From an uncultured Solirubrobacteraceae bacterium (GTDB lineage Bacteria > Actinomycetota > Thermoleophilia > Solirubrobacterales > Solirubrobacteraceae), in NCBI GenBank assembly GCA_964588985.1, contig CAZPQW010000004.1, positions 96,001 to 160,000 of the forward strand: DNA of 64,000 bases. The letters are read 5' to 3'. Made by a program: the position numbers and the translations under genes. Every line of letters starts with the position of its first letter. The first letter of the stretch is position 1. The notes beneath the pieces are model-generated. The model saw only the letters and a program-made list of their open reading frames with translations, did not search any database and was not told where the DNA came from. Below, in pieces: positions 17,980 to 28,498 of the stretch.

Positions 17980-18339
17980 TCAGGCGGTGGCCTCCCGTGA
18001 CAGCACGTTCACATTCACGCCCTTCGACAGCACGTCAACATGCAGACCCTTGGACAGCACGTCCACGTTCACGCCCACGTTCACATCGACGCCCACGGCG
18101 CTGTGCACGATGCCGCGCAGGGCGTCGTACTCCATGTGCGCAAGGCGCTCGGTGATCGACAGGCCCGCTCCGAGCAGGGGCACGTTCTCCGCCGTCTCGA
18201 GGAACTTGCGGACTGTCTCGGTCGCGGTTCGCTGGCTCACCTTGGCCAGCTCCAACCACTGCTCAGGCAGGTCGATCCTCTCCTCAGTGGGTGTCTCCTC
18301 GACGAGGGTCTCGGACACAGCGGTCTTGGCGCTTGGCAT
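17980..18339 (-). CDS. Small helical protein with Val-rich VDVLSKG repeats
   Basis: AAGGAAG RBS; amphipathic helices then VNVDVLSKG/HVDVLSKG/NVNVLSRE. Confidence 0.65.
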   Translation of the reverse strand: MPSAKTAVSETLVEETPTEERIDLPEQWLELAKVSQRTATETVRKFLETAENVPLLGAGLSITERLAHMEYDALRGIVHSAVGVDVNVGVNVDVLSKGLHVDVLSKGVNVNVLSREATA

Positions 18340-18359
18340 CTGAATCACTTCCTTTCGGG

Positions 18360-21300
18360 TTACTGGATCGTTCCGGTGGCTTGGCGCCACCTGATGTACT
18401 CAGCTCGTGGGCTGTATGCAGCCGGCCCGTCGGACGGACGCTGTGCGGGGGCGCTCGCGAGTCGGCCCGCCGGGTCTGTGTGTGCAGGCTCCAGGTCCGG
18501 GAGCCTGCGCGCGAGCCAGTCCGGCATCCACCATATGCGCGGCCCGGTGATGCGCATGATCGCGGGGAGCAGCACAAGCCTGACGATCGTCGCGTCGAGC
18601 AGAACCGCGATCGTCAGGCCGACGCCGAACTGGCGCAGTGGGATGACGTCGGCGCCGGCGAACGCGAGGAAGACTGCGGTCATGATCGCCGCAGAGCCGG
18701 TGATCACCCCGGCGGTGTGGTGCAGGCCGTGCCGGATCGCGCCGTCGGCGTCGCCCTCTGCGACCCAATGCTCGCGCATGCGTGTCAGCAGGAACACCTC
18801 GTAGTCGATCGAGAGCACGAACATGATCGAGAGGATGCCCGCGCCGGAGGCAGCGTCGATGTAGCCGGGCCCGCCGAGCACGTGCTTCTCGGTGAGCAGC
18901 TCCAGGGCTCCGAGCGCGACCGCGATCGTGGCGAGGTTCAGGGCGACGGCGATGAGCGGCAGCAGCAGCGCCCGCAGCACCACGATCAGCGTGAGCACCG
19001 CGACGATCGCAAGCGCGAGGATCAGCCAGGGGAAGCGGGCCGTGTTGGTGTTCGTGTAGTCGAGCAGGTATTGCGCGCCCTGGCCGATCTCGACCGTGCT
19101 TCCGGTCGCCGCAGCAAGCGATGGCAGCGCGCGCCTGAGCCTTCCGCTGAGCGCAGCGGTGGCGGGTGAGTCGGGTGGGCTGGAGGCGATCACCATCATG
19201 CGGGCGGCCTGGCCGCCCCCGTCGACGTTGACGAGCTGCGCGACCTGTTCGCGTGTCGGTGAGACGGTGCCGTCGAGCGCGGTGAGCACGAGGTAGCCGG
19301 AGTCGAGCGCATGAGGGGAGTCGGTGTGAAGCAGCCGGCTGTCCCGCTGGTAGCCGTGCAGCATCGTCGCGTAGCTCCGCAACGGCTTTTGGGTGGCGCC
19401 GAGCCCGGCGGCGAGCGCTCCCGTGCGGCTGTTGCCGGCGGCAAGCCCTTGCGCCAGACGTGTGTTGCCTGCGGCGAGCTTGCCGAGTCCGCCTGCGAGC
19501 TGGATGCCGCCGCTTGTGAGCTTGCCGAGTCCGCCCGTAAGCTGGGCATTGCCGCGCGTGAGCCTGGCGAGCCCGCCCGCCAGACGTGTGTTGCCTGCGG
19601 CGAGCTTGCCGAGTCCGCCTGCGAGCTGGGCGTCGCCTTTGGTGAGCGTGCCGAGCCCGGTGGTGAGCTGGTCCGCGCCGCGGCTCAGACCGGTGAGCCC
19701 GTTGCTGAGGGCGTGCCCGCCCGCGGCGAGACGGTGCAGGGCGGAGGCGAGCGCGCGGGCTCCTTCTTCGGATTCCCGCGTGCCGGTGGCGAGTCTGTCG
19801 GCGCCGGTTCGCAGCCGGTCGAGGCCGGCGGTCAATTGCGACAGCTTCGTCGGCAGGGTCGCAAGCCATTCCAGGCCCTGGCTCAGCTGCTGCTGGATCT
19901 GGGCAAGCTGTGCGGGGTCGTTCTGTTCGATCAGCTGTTCGATGGCGGCGAGGTCTGCGGCGAGAGCTGGATAGCGGGGGTCGCTACGTCCGGTGCTCAT
20001 CGCGGCGAGCTCGTGTTTGGCTTCGCCCAGCCGGTCGCGCAGCTGTTGATCGGAGGCCTGCAGCGCCGCGATCCAGCCGACCCAGGTGTGGAGCTGTTCG
20101 GCGATCAGGTCGATCGGTGCGACGAGCGCGTGCACGGTGTTGTCGAGCGTGTCCATCCCTTCCGCCAGCTGCGCCGCGCCGGTTGTCAGCTGAGCGTCGG
20201 AGGTGGCCAGGTGGTCGGCGCCCGCGGCGGCTTCGTCGAGTCCGGTCGCGAGCCCGGCCGATCCGCTCGCCGCCTGGGCGATGCCCGTCTGCAGCTGCGT
20301 TGCACCTGCGCCGGCGCGGCCAGTTGCGCTGCCGAGTCGCGTTGCGCCCGCGCGCGCCCGGCGTGTTTCGCCGGCCAATCGCGACGCACCTGCGTGCGCG
20401 CGGCGCGCCCCGTTCGTCAATCGCTCGGCGCCATCCCTGGCCCTGCCAGTTTGTGCCGCCAGCTGTTCGGCGCCGCCCGCGGCGCGTCCGGCGCCGCCGC
20501 CGAGCGATCTTGCGCCGGTTGTCGCCGAGGTGAGGCCGTCTCGCAGTTTCGCGACGCCGCTGCCTGCGCGGCTCAGTCCCGAGCGCAGGCTCGCGATTCC
20601 GCGTTGGGCGCCTTCCAGCTGTTTGGGCGCGGAGGCGAGCGCGGTGTGGGCGTCGGCGAGCTCGCGCTGCGCGCCGGCGACCGACGCCGGGCCGAAGACC
20701 GCCGCCACGCCTGGTTCGCGTGCGATCTGTTCCTGCCAGCGCATCAGCGCCCGCAGGCGCTCCGGGGTGGTTATCGTGCCGTGCTCGGCGCTCGCCACGA
20801 TCACGAATGGCGCCGCCCATCCCGGTCCGATCGTGTGTTCCACCATCCGCATCGCGACGCGTGCGGGACTCGAGGCGGGTAGCTCTGAGGCGTCGGGTGG
20901 GCCCATGCGCAGCGCGCCGGCGGGAGACGCGAGCGCCAGCATCCCGACGAGGATCAGCGGAACGGTGATGGCGGGGTGGGCGATCAGTCGTTCCGCGAGC
21001 GCTCCCGCTCGGTTGCCGTGCGGGGTCGTGTCAGGGCGGGCGAGCCGGATCTCCCAGCGATCGAGGTTGGGGCCGAGCAGGCGCAGCAGCGCAGGCATCG
21101 CCGTGAGCGCCAGCGCGACGCTCAAGAGGCCCGAGATGACGACTCCGATCGCCACCGGGCCGAGCAGCCCTGGCGTCGCGACACCGCTCGCCGCGAGCAT
21201 CGTCAGCGCCAGTGTGCCCCCGGCCGCGGCGATCGTGCGCCCCGCGGCGCGGGACGCGGTCGCGACCGCCGTCTCGTGATCGTGGCCGCTCGCGAGCTCC

Positions 21301-22055
21301 TGGCGCACGCGCGAGACCATCAGCAGCGCGTAGTCGACTCCGAGGGCGAGGCTCATCATCGCCGCGATCGCCACTCCCAGTGAGTTGATCGGCGTGAGGA
21401 AGCTCGCAAGCCACAGCAGCCCGCGGCCTGCCATCACGGTGGCGCCGCCCATCGCGAGAGGCACCGCGGCGGCGACCGGCGAGCGGAAGACCAGCAGCAG
21501 CACGAGGATCAGGACGGGCAGCGCGATCATCTCGGCCCGCTCGGTGTCCGCCATCGTGGCGCTCTGCAGAGCCCGCCCGATCACCGCGACGCCGGTCAGA
21601 TAACTGCTCACCGGGCGCTGCACGGCGCGGGCGATGATTGCTTCGGTGCTCGGCACCACCGCCATGGCGCGGCTCGCGGGCCGGATGTAGTTCACGAGCA
21701 CGAACGCGCTCCCGGGCTGGGGGCGAAGCGATCCGACCGTGCTCGATCGATCCCACGGCGAGAGCACCTGGACCTGCGCGATCTGTCGCAGCGCGGCCAC
21801 CAGGCGACGCCCCTGACGGTCGACTTCCGCGGGCGGTCCGCGCAGCAGGACGGCGATCGGGACGGTGTTGCCGAACTTCGCGTCCAGCATCGCTTCGGCG
21901 CGGGAGGAGGGCGTGCCGGGCACCGCCAGCGACATTGCCGTGAGCCTGCCTTCGAGTCCTTTGCCGCACAGCGCGAGCGCGGCGATCGCAACGCTCCAGG
22001 CGAGCAGGATCGACGAGGACCGCCACCTCGGCGCCGTCCCTGCTCGTCTGCTCAC
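18360..22055 (-). CDS. MMPL family RND transporter with long xxxLxxG heptad insert
   Basis: Two MMPL TM domains (GVDYALL, SIDYEVFLL) separated by ~500 aa of LAGGL-type repeats; AGGAGG RBS. Confidence 0.92.
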   Translation of the reverse strand: MSRRAGTAPRWRSSSILLAWSVAIAALALCGKGLEGRLTAMSLAVPGTPSSRAEAMLDAKFGNTVPIAVLLRGPPAEVDRQGRRLVAALRQIAQVQVLSPWDRSSTVGSLRPQPGSAFVLVNYIRPASRAMAVVPSTEAIIARAVQRPVSSYLTGVAVIGRALQSATMADTERAEMIALPVLILVLLLVFRSPVAAAVPLAMGGATVMAGRGLLWLASFLTPINSLGVAIAAMMSLALGVDYALLMVSRVRQELASGHDHETAVATASRAAGRTIAAAGGTLALTMLAASGVATPGLLGPVAIGVVISGLLSVALALTAMPALLRLLGPNLDRWEIRLARPDTTPHGNRAGALAERLIAHPAITVPLILVGMLALASPAGALRMGPPDASELPASSPARVAMRMVEHTIGPGWAAPFVIVASAEHGTITTPERLRALMRWQEQIAREPGVAAVFGPASVAGAQRELADAHTALASAPKQLEGAQRGIASLRSGLSRAGSGVAKLRDGLTSATTGARSLGGGAGRAAGGAEQLAAQTGRARDGAERLTNGARRAHAGASRLAGETRRARAGATRLGSATGRAGAGATQLQTGIAQAASGSAGLATGLDEAAAGADHLATSDAQLTTGAAQLAEGMDTLDNTVHALVAPIDLIAEQLHTWVGWIAALQASDQQLRDRLGEAKHELAAMSTGRSDPRYPALAADLAAIEQLIEQNDPAQLAQIQQQLSQGLEWLATLPTKLSQLTAGLDRLRTGADRLATGTRESEEGARALASALHRLAAGGHALSNGLTGLSRGADQLTTGLGTLTKGDAQLAGGLGKLAAGNTRLAGGLARLTRGNAQLTGGLGKLTSGGIQLAGGLGKLAAGNTRLAQGLAAGNSRTGALAAGLGATQKPLRSYATMLHGYQRDSRLLHTDSPHALDSGYLVLTALDGTVSPTREQVAQLVNVDGGGQAARMMVIASSPPDSPATAALSGRLRRALPSLAAATGSTVEIGQGAQYLLDYTNTNTARFPWLILALAIVAVLTLIVVLRALLLPLIAVALNLATIAVALGALELLTEKHVLGGPGYIDAASGAGILSIMFVLSIDYEVFLLTRMREHWVAEGDADGAIRHGLHHTAGVITGSAAIMTAVFLAFAGADVIPLRQFGVGLTIAVLLDATIVRLVLLPAIMRITGPRIWWMPDWLARRLPDLEPAHTDPAGRLASAPAQRPSDGPAAYSPRAEYIRWRQATGTIQ
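19452..19629. repeat. 52-bp exact direct repeat, 126-bp period, inside MMPL insert
   Basis: 19452-19503 = 19578-19629. Confidence 0.8.
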
Positions 22056-22123
22056 GGCTGCCTCCTGAATCGATCGTGGAAGAGCTAACCTATCGGTCCC
22101 AATACAATGAACCATAAATCATA

Positions 22124-22149
22124 GTTACATTGATTTGTGTTACATTGAT
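22124..22149. promoter_or_regulatory. GTTACATTGAT direct repeat between divergent MMPL and MerR genes
   Basis: Copies at 22124-22134 and 22139-22149 in AT-rich spacer. Confidence 0.55.
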
Positions 22150-22156
22150 CACAGAT

Positions 22157-22918
22157 ATGCTTCGGGAGATGGCGGGAGCGCGCACCGAGCAGCGGCTGAC
22201 GATCGACGAGCTCGCACAGGCAGCCGGGCTGACCGTGCGCAACGTCCGCAACTATCAGTCGCGCGGGCTGATACCGCCGCCGGAGGTGCAGGGGAGAGTC
22301 GGCTACTACAGCACCGAGCACACCGCGCGGCTGGCGCTGATCCGCGAGATGCAGGCCCAGGGCTTCAACCTCACCGCGATCGCCCACATGCTCGAGCAGG
22401 CATCCGGCGCCAGCGAGGAGGTCCTTGGCTTCACCCGCTCGCTGATGACCCCTTTCGAGACCGAGGCGCCCGAGATCATCCGGCGGGCCGAGCTGCTGGA
22501 GCGACTCGGCGGCGCCATCGACGCAAAGCTCCTCGCCAAGGCCCAACAGCTCGGCCTGGTGACAGCGATTGCAGAGGACAGCTTCGAAGTACCCAGCCCG
22601 ACCCTGCTGGCCGCCGGCGAGCGACTGGTGGCCCTGGGCGTTCCCCTCGACGCCGCGCTCGACATGATGGACAAGCTCAGACGCGACACCCAGCACATCG
22701 CGCAGACGTTCGTGCGGATCTTCCTGGAGCACATCTGGAAACCGTTCGACGACGCCGGTCGGCCGGAGTCCGACTGGCCCAAGGTGCGCTCGGCCCTCGA
22801 TCAGCTGCGGCCGCTCGCCTCCGAGGCTCTCACCGCTGCCTTTCAGCCCACGATGACGAAGGCGGTCGAAGTGGCCTTCGGCAAGCAGGTCGATCACGCA
22901 CGCGCACGCAAGTCATGA
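22157..22918 (+). CDS. MerR family transcriptional regulator
   Basis: TIDELAQAAGLTVRNVRNYQSRGLIPPP..GRVGYY. Confidence 0.9.
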   Translation: MLREMAGARTEQRLTIDELAQAAGLTVRNVRNYQSRGLIPPPEVQGRVGYYSTEHTARLALIREMQAQGFNLTAIAHMLEQASGASEEVLGFTRSLMTPFETEAPEIIRRAELLERLGGAIDAKLLAKAQQLGLVTAIAEDSFEVPSPTLLAAGERLVALGVPLDAALDMMDKLRRDTQHIAQTFVRIFLEHIWKPFDDAGRPESDWPKVRSALDQLRPLASEALTAAFQPTMTKAVEVAFGKQVDHARARKS

Positions 22919-22925
22919 TCGTGCG

Positions 22926-24350
22926 GTGACCCAGAGCACAGAGCACCTGATGGCCGGCCAACTGGGCACGGTGGACGTGACTGCCTCGACGGTCGCGAAC
23001 ATCGGGCCGGGGATCGACTTCTACTTCGCGTTCGGGGTGATCGCCGTGACGGCCGGTGTCGCCGCGCCGCTCACGATCCTCGCAGCGGGCGTGGCGGTGG
23101 TGTTCCTCGCGTTCACGGTGGCCGAGTTCAGCCGCATGGAGCCTTCGGCGGGGAGCTTCATCACCTACGTCGAGACGTCGCTCGGCCCGATCGCGGGAGT
23201 CCTGACGGCTCTGCTGGTGGCGGTCGGGTTCACGGTGGCGATCGCGGGGGTGTTCACCATGTCCGGGGGCATGGTGACTCTCACCCTCCAGCACTACGTC
23301 TCGTGGGCGCCGGCGTGGGAGCCTCTCAGTCTCGTCCTGACCGTCGGCGCGATCTGGCTTACCGCTCGCGGGGTGAGACTGTCGACGACGGCGGTGGGGT
23401 TGGCGGTGCTGGTGCAGGTCGCGATCATGCTCGCCGTGTGCGTCGTCGTGCTCGTCGACCGGCGCGCGGACATCTCGGCGATGCCGTTCTCGTGGTCGCA
23501 CCTGAAGGGCGGTCTCGCGGGCCTGTCCGCCGGCTTCCCGCTCGCGCTCTACATGTTCATCGGCTGGGAAAACGGGCCGGCGCTCGCGGAGGAGGCCCGC
23601 GATCCGAAGAGGACGATCCCCAGGGCTCTGTATCTGTCGGTGGCGATCGGCACCGCCCTGTTCGTGTTCTTCGCGTTCGCCACCGTCACGGGCTTTCACT
23701 ACGACGTGTCATCCGTCGGACGCTCGTCGGTCCCGTTCCTGACGATGGCCGACAGGTATCTCGGCGGCGCGGCGCTGCTCGCGTGGGGCGCGGGGATAGT
23801 GTCGGTGCTCGCGACGCTCGTCGCGGCCGTTAATTCCCAGGCGCGCATGCTCTACGACGGCGGGCGCTCGGGGCTGCTGCCGGCGTGGCTCGGCCGCCTG
23901 CGCCCGACGGTCGACACGCCGGTCAACGCGCTCACGACGATGGCCATCGCGGGGCTCGGGATCGTCGCGGTGTGGTGGGCGGCGCACGCCACCGGCCTGC
24001 AGTCCGGGTCGACGAACCCCGTGGGCCTCTACGCCGAGTGCTCGACGATGGGCACGATCGTGGTCCTGTTCGTGTACCTGCTGACGACGCTCTCGCTGCC
24101 GGTGTTCATGTGGCGTCGCCACCGCGAGTCCTTCTCCGCCATCCGACACCTCGCGATGCCGGCTCTGGGCGCGCTCAGCCTGGTCGTTCCGTTCATCGAG
24201 CTGTTCAAGCCCGGACAGCCCTCTCCCTACAGCCAGTTCCCCTATCTGGCGCTCGCGATTCTCGCGGCGGTCGCGGCGGTCGCGTGGTTCACCGTGCGCC
24301 GTAACCCGTCCGCTGGCTCGAGCGAGGGAACGGCGTTCTCCGAAGCGTGA
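22926..24350 (+). CDS. APC family amino acid permease
   Basis: ~12 TMs, PSAGSFITYV, FIGWE...AEEARDPKRTIPRA. Confidence 0.9.
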   Translation: MTQSTEHLMAGQLGTVDVTASTVANIGPGIDFYFAFGVIAVTAGVAAPLTILAAGVAVVFLAFTVAEFSRMEPSAGSFITYVETSLGPIAGVLTALLVAVGFTVAIAGVFTMSGGMVTLTLQHYVSWAPAWEPLSLVLTVGAIWLTARGVRLSTTAVGLAVLVQVAIMLAVCVVVLVDRRADISAMPFSWSHLKGGLAGLSAGFPLALYMFIGWENGPALAEEARDPKRTIPRALYLSVAIGTALFVFFAFATVTGFHYDVSSVGRSSVPFLTMADRYLGGAALLAWGAGIVSVLATLVAAVNSQARMLYDGGRSGLLPAWLGRLRPTVDTPVNALTTMAIAGLGIVAVWWAAHATGLQSGSTNPVGLYAECSTMGTIVVLFVYLLTTLSLPVFMWRRHRESFSAIRHLAMPALGALSLVVPFIELFKPGQPSPYSQFPYLALAILAAVAAVAWFTVRRNPSAGSSEGTAFSEA

Positions 24351-24367
24351 GGCTTTGCGCGACGCCT

Positions 24368-25117
24368 CTACGCGCGTCGATGGTTGGCGAACAGCGTGAG
24401 CGCGAAGCGCCCGGCGGGATGCTCGCGTGCGCGTTCGACGATCGCCGCCAGCTGCGCTGGCATGACCTCGGGCTGCGGGAGCGAGACCCCGTACACGCTC
24501 GGGATGATCACCGGGGCAGACAGGGCCGCGAAGGTCAGGTCGGCGGCGCTGAAGCGCTCGCCGCATAGGTACGGGCGCCCGTCCGAGAGCAGCCCCGCGA
24601 CGTGGTCGAGCTCGCGGAAGACCGCCGCCTCGTCCTCGACCTCGACGCCCGGGACGATGCCGAGCTCGCGCTTGACGAAGTGTTGGATGACCGTCCACCC
24701 GTGGCGCAGCGCCTGGTCCTCCCAGCGCGGCACGCCCTGGTTGTTGAAGCTCAGCACGAGCTTGCGCGCGGGGAGCATGTGCACGTACATCAGCCGCCGT
24801 CCCTGCGGTCCGAACTGTTCGTCGAGGCGCTTGCAGAGCGACTGCACCTCCGCTCGCGCGCTTGGCTCCGTGGGGAACAGTCGTAGCTCGGCCGGCGTGC
24901 GCTCGTCGATCCACTCGAGGATCTCCTGGGACTCCCCGATCGCGCCGTCGTCGGTCACGAGCACGGGAACCGTCTTGCCGCCGCCGGCACGCCTCGCGGC
25001 CACCTGGTGGACCCCCTGGATGTGGCGCTCCTCGCGGTAGGGCATGTCCGCCCGCTCGAGCGCCCAGCGGGCCTTCTCGCAGTAGTGGCTGATCGGGATC
25101 GTTACGAGCCGGAGCAC
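24368..25117 (-). CDS. Glutathione S-transferase family protein
   Basis: ISHYCEKARWAL, TVPVL, ES, FSAADLTFAA. Confidence 0.88.
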   Translation of the reverse strand: MLRLVTIPISHYCEKARWALERADMPYREERHIQGVHQVAARRAGGGKTVPVLVTDDGAIGESQEILEWIDERTPAELRLFPTEPSARAEVQSLCKRLDEQFGPQGRRLMYVHMLPARKLVLSFNNQGVPRWEDQALRHGWTVIQHFVKRELGIVPGVEVEDEAAVFRELDHVAGLLSDGRPYLCGERFSAADLTFAALSAPVIIPSVYGVSLPQPEVMPAQLAAIVERAREHPAGRFALTLFANHRRA

Positions 25118-25152
25118 CACAGAACAGTATGGAGGGAAAGTTCGTCTGGTTG

Positions 25153-26745
25153 CTACCGGGCCGCGGCCCGCCTGCTGGTGCGCTCCAGCTCGCTGACGAG
25201 CGTGGCGATCGAGCGTTCGAGCTGCTGGATGCTCGCGGCCTCGACGCGCTCGACGCCCACCGCGCGGTTGACCCACGCGTTGATCTCGCGGTGGCCGCGT
25301 CCCTCTTTGCGATGCAGTTCGGCCACCAGGCGGCTGCGCTCCTGACGCAGGTGGTCACGGCGTTCGAAGGCCGCGACGGGGGCCGCTTCGGGCGCGGGTA
25401 GCGGCGCGGCGGTGGATGACTGCGCTCGCTGGGGCGGGCCGAACAGCGTCATCTGCGCTGCGAATTCCGCGTTCAGCGGCACGAACTCGGCGCTCGGCGA
25501 CGGCTCTGTTTCGCGCCGCTCGCGGGGCTCGTCCCAGCCCTCCTCGGGCTCGTCGCGGTGGAGCGCGTGGCGCAGCTCCGTTTCCACCTGCGAGGCGTGG
25601 GAGCTGAGCGTCTGCTCGGCGGGCAGGTACAGCCAACTCGGCTCCGGTGGCCTGTCGGGGATCGTGCGCACGAACCGCCCGACGATCTGGCGGAAGATCA
25701 GCGGCGTCTTCGCCGCGGTCGCGTAGACGCCCACGCGCAGCCTGGGGATGTCGACGCCCTCGGAGACCATGTTCACCGCGACGATCCACGGATCGCGCGA
25801 GCCGCGGAAGTCCGCGAGCTTGCGCGCGGCGTTGGCCTCGGTGTGGAGCACCACCACCGGTGCGCGCCCGGTCACCTCGCCGAGGAGCTTCGCGATCCTC
25901 CTGGCGTGGGTCGCGTCGGCCGCGACCGCGAGCCCGCCCGCGTCTCGGTGGCCCTCGGCGCGCAGTGCGGCCAGCTTCGCGTGCGCCTCTTTGAGGATCC
26001 GCGGCAGGCCGTCGGGTAGCTCGGTGGAGATCGCGGTGCGGTAGCGGCGGCTCGCCTCGCGGGCGCTCAGCACGGTCTCGAACGACGATTCGATCACGTC
26101 GTCTCCGCTGCGCCACGACAGCGTTCCGTCGAACGTCACGAACGCCACCGGGCGACAGATCCCGTCTGCGACCGCCTGGGCGTAGGTGTAGGACACGTCC
26201 GGGACGACCACGCCGTCGGCGTCGTAGCGCACGCCGGGAATGGGGGTCGCGTCGGAGCGAAACGGGGTCCCCGACAGCAGCAGCCAGCGCGGCGAGGAGG
26301 AGAACGCACGCTGGAAGCCGGTGCCCCACGCGAGATCCTCGCCCAGGTGGTGAGCCTCGTCGACCACCACGAGCGTCTCCACGGACGCCTTCGCCGCCCA
26401 GCCGGTCGGGTCGCTGGCGACGCGCGCGTAGGTGACCGACACGCCGTGGAAGTCCCGAGGCGGGTTCGGTCCGGCGGCATCGGGCTGCAGCTGCACGCCG
26501 AGGATCGCCGCCGCGGCCGCCCACTGGCGCGTGAGCGGCGTGGTCGGGCACAGCACCACCACGCGCTTGACGATCCGCCTCGCCAGCAGGTCCCTGGCGA
26601 GCTCCAGCGCGGGGCGCGTCTTGCCCGCCCCTGGGGCGGCCGAGATCAGGAACGGGCCCTCCCGCCAGTCGGCGAGCCGGTCGAGCGCGTGGCGTTGCCA
26701 CCCGCGCAGCGATGTGGGGGAGGAGCGAGTCAAAGAGCCCGGCAT
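25153..26745 (-). CDS. Superfamily II DEAD/DEAH-box helicase
   Basis: APGAGKT, DEAHH, LSGTPFRSD, MVSEGVDIP, QIVGRFVR. Confidence 0.92.
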   Translation of the reverse strand: MPGSLTRSSPTSLRGWQRHALDRLADWREGPFLISAAPGAGKTRPALELARDLLARRIVKRVVVLCPTTPLTRQWAAAAAILGVQLQPDAAGPNPPRDFHGVSVTYARVASDPTGWAAKASVETLVVVDEAHHLGEDLAWGTGFQRAFSSSPRWLLLSGTPFRSDATPIPGVRYDADGVVVPDVSYTYAQAVADGICRPVAFVTFDGTLSWRSGDDVIESSFETVLSAREASRRYRTAISTELPDGLPRILKEAHAKLAALRAEGHRDAGGLAVAADATHARRIAKLLGEVTGRAPVVVLHTEANAARKLADFRGSRDPWIVAVNMVSEGVDIPRLRVGVYATAAKTPLIFRQIVGRFVRTIPDRPPEPSWLYLPAEQTLSSHASQVETELRHALHRDEPEEGWDEPRERRETEPSPSAEFVPLNAEFAAQMTLFGPPQRAQSSTAAPLPAPEAAPVAAFERRDHLRQERSRLVAELHRKEGRGHREINAWVNRAVGVERVEAASIQQLERSIATLVSELERTSRRAAAR

Positions 26746-26963
26746 CCTGCGGCACGGCGCGGACGGACACTCGGCGCAGGGCGCGATGTCGCTTGGTTGA
26801 GGGCGTTTGGGCCGTGGTGGTGCAGTTGGTCGATCCGGCCCACGAAGGTCGTCGTCTGTATTGACCAGAACGACACGGTATGTTTACAACACCGGCCAGT
26901 GGAATTCGACGACTCGGTCCGGGGTTTCATAGGCATCATTGGGGCGTGCTCCGGGGAGAATGG

Positions 26964-28397
26964 ATGGACGATCAGCAGCGACGGGTGCGGCCTGGTACGC
27001 GACCCCGTTTGCGTTTCTCCACCGACGACAGGCTGATCGGGCTCGTGCGTCACGGGGATCCGACCGCGTTCGAGATCCTCTACGAACGGCACGTACGCGA
27101 GCTTCTGTCCTTCTGTCGCTACATGCTGGGCTCGCGCCAGGACGCCGAAGACGCGGTGCAGGCGACGTTTGCGTCCGCCTACAGGGCGCTGATCGCGGAC
27201 GAGCGCGAGATCGTTCTGCGTCCGTGGCTGTTCGCGATCGCGCGAAACGCCTGCCTGAGCGTGCTGCGTCAGCGTCGTCCGCAGGGCGAGGGCGACGAGG
27301 ACGTCGCCTCACACGAGGATCCCCTCGTGCACGTGGAGCAGCGCGAGGACCTGCGAACGATGCTCGCGAACATACGCGCGCTACCCGAGCGCCAGCGTAC
27401 GGCGCTCGTGCTCTCCGAGCTGCACGGCCTGAGTCACGAGGAGATAGGAGCTTTGCTTGGGGTCCGCGCGAGCCAGGTGAAGTCCTACGTGTACCAGGCA
27501 CGATCGACCCTGATCTCCGATCGCCAGGCGCGCGGCGCGGACTGCCTGGAGATCCGCGAAGAGCTGAGCGTCGCGCGTGGCGCCGAGCTGTTGAGAAGCC
27601 GTCTTCGTCGGCATCTGAGCTCATGTGCGGATTGCCGTGCCTATGCGGACGGCCTCTCTCGCCAACGGCGTCGATTCGGCGCGCTGGCGCCTCTCGCGCC
27701 GGTGCTGGCGCTCAAGCGACGCGTGCTCGAGGCTGTGCTCGGCAAAGGCTCGGGCGCGACCGCGGGAACATCGCTCGCGGCACCCACCGCGGATCTTGCT
27801 GCCGGCGGCTTGAAGATGATCGTCGTCAAGGCGCTCACGGTTGCTGCGTGCGTTGGCGCGAGCGCCGGTATCGGAGTCGGCGCGCACCTGCTGGGCGGGA
27901 GCGCGTCAGGTGCACATCGGGGTGACGTGCGGCTCGAGCTCACCGCATCCAAGCGGAGGGCATCCGTGGGCGCATCGCCTACGCCTGTGCAGCCGGCGGC
28001 GAGCGCTCGTGCACGTGCGGAGGTCATCGACAGCCCTGTTCCTTCCGCGGGGGAGGGGCGGAGCGCTGACGGTGGGAGCGTTCAGGTCCTCCCAGCAGAG
28101 ACACCCGTAGCTGGGCAGCGAGCGAGTCAGGAATCACATGCCAGCGGCGAAGAAGCCCGCAAGGTCAAGAGTGGCGGCGAAGCACACGGCAAGAGCGAAG
28201 AAGCTCACGGGAAGGCTGAAGAACCGCACGGCAAGAGCGAAGAAGCCCCTGGGAAGTCCGAAGAAGTCCACGGCAAGAGCGAAGAACCGCATGGCAAGAG
28301 CGAAGAAGCTCACAGTCCGAGCGAAGCGGTTGCGGCCCACGGTGAAGGCGAAACCTCTCGCGGCAAGAGCGAAGAAGCGCACGGAAAGGCCAAATAG
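26964..28397 (+). CDS. ECF sigma factor fused to zinc anti-sigma (ZAS) motif, TM and HGKSEE repeat tail
   Basis: DAEDAVQATF, WLFAIARN, region 4 HTH, HLSSCADC, hydrophobic helix, heptad repeats. Confidence 0.88.
   Translation: MDDQQRRVRPGTRPRLRFSTDDRLIGLVRHGDPTAFEILYERHVRELLSFCRYMLGSRQDAEDAVQATFASAYRALIADEREIVLRPWLFAIARNACLSVLRQRRPQGEGDEDVASHEDPLVHVEQREDLRTMLANIRALPERQRTALVLSELHGLSHEEIGALLGVRASQVKSYVYQARSTLISDRQARGADCLEIREELSVARGAELLRSRLRRHLSSCADCRAYADGLSRQRRRFGALAPLAPVLALKRRVLEAVLGKGSGATAGTSLAAPTADLAAGGLKMIVVKALTVAACVGASAGIGVGAHLLGGSASGAHRGDVRLELTASKRRASVGASPTPVQPAASARARAEVIDSPVPSAGEGRSADGGSVQVLPAETPVAGQRASQESHASGEEARKVKSGGEAHGKSEEAHGKAEEPHGKSEEAPGKSEEVHGKSEEPHGKSEEAHSPSEAVAAHGEGETSRGKSEEAHGKAK
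28180..28394 (+). repeat. 21-bp coding repeats encoding (x)HGKSEE
   Basis: About 8 imperfect copies of CACGGCAAGAGCGAAGAA. Confidence 0.8.
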
Positions 28398-28498
28398 GTC
28401 CGCGCCGGTACGCCAACTTGTATCCAACTCGTATCTCCGCCCAACCTCCGTGGCCAGTAGGCGTTTCAACACGCAAAGGACTACGAAGGAGAGGGAAC

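Noticed and set aside
25153-26745. Helicase as part of a restriction or defence system
   Set aside because: No methylase or nuclease nearby; resembles the common stand-alone actinobacterial SF2 helicase
28180-28394. Regular 21-bp repeats as a possible CRISPR array
   Set aside because: No unique spacers, in-frame coding repeats, no cas genes
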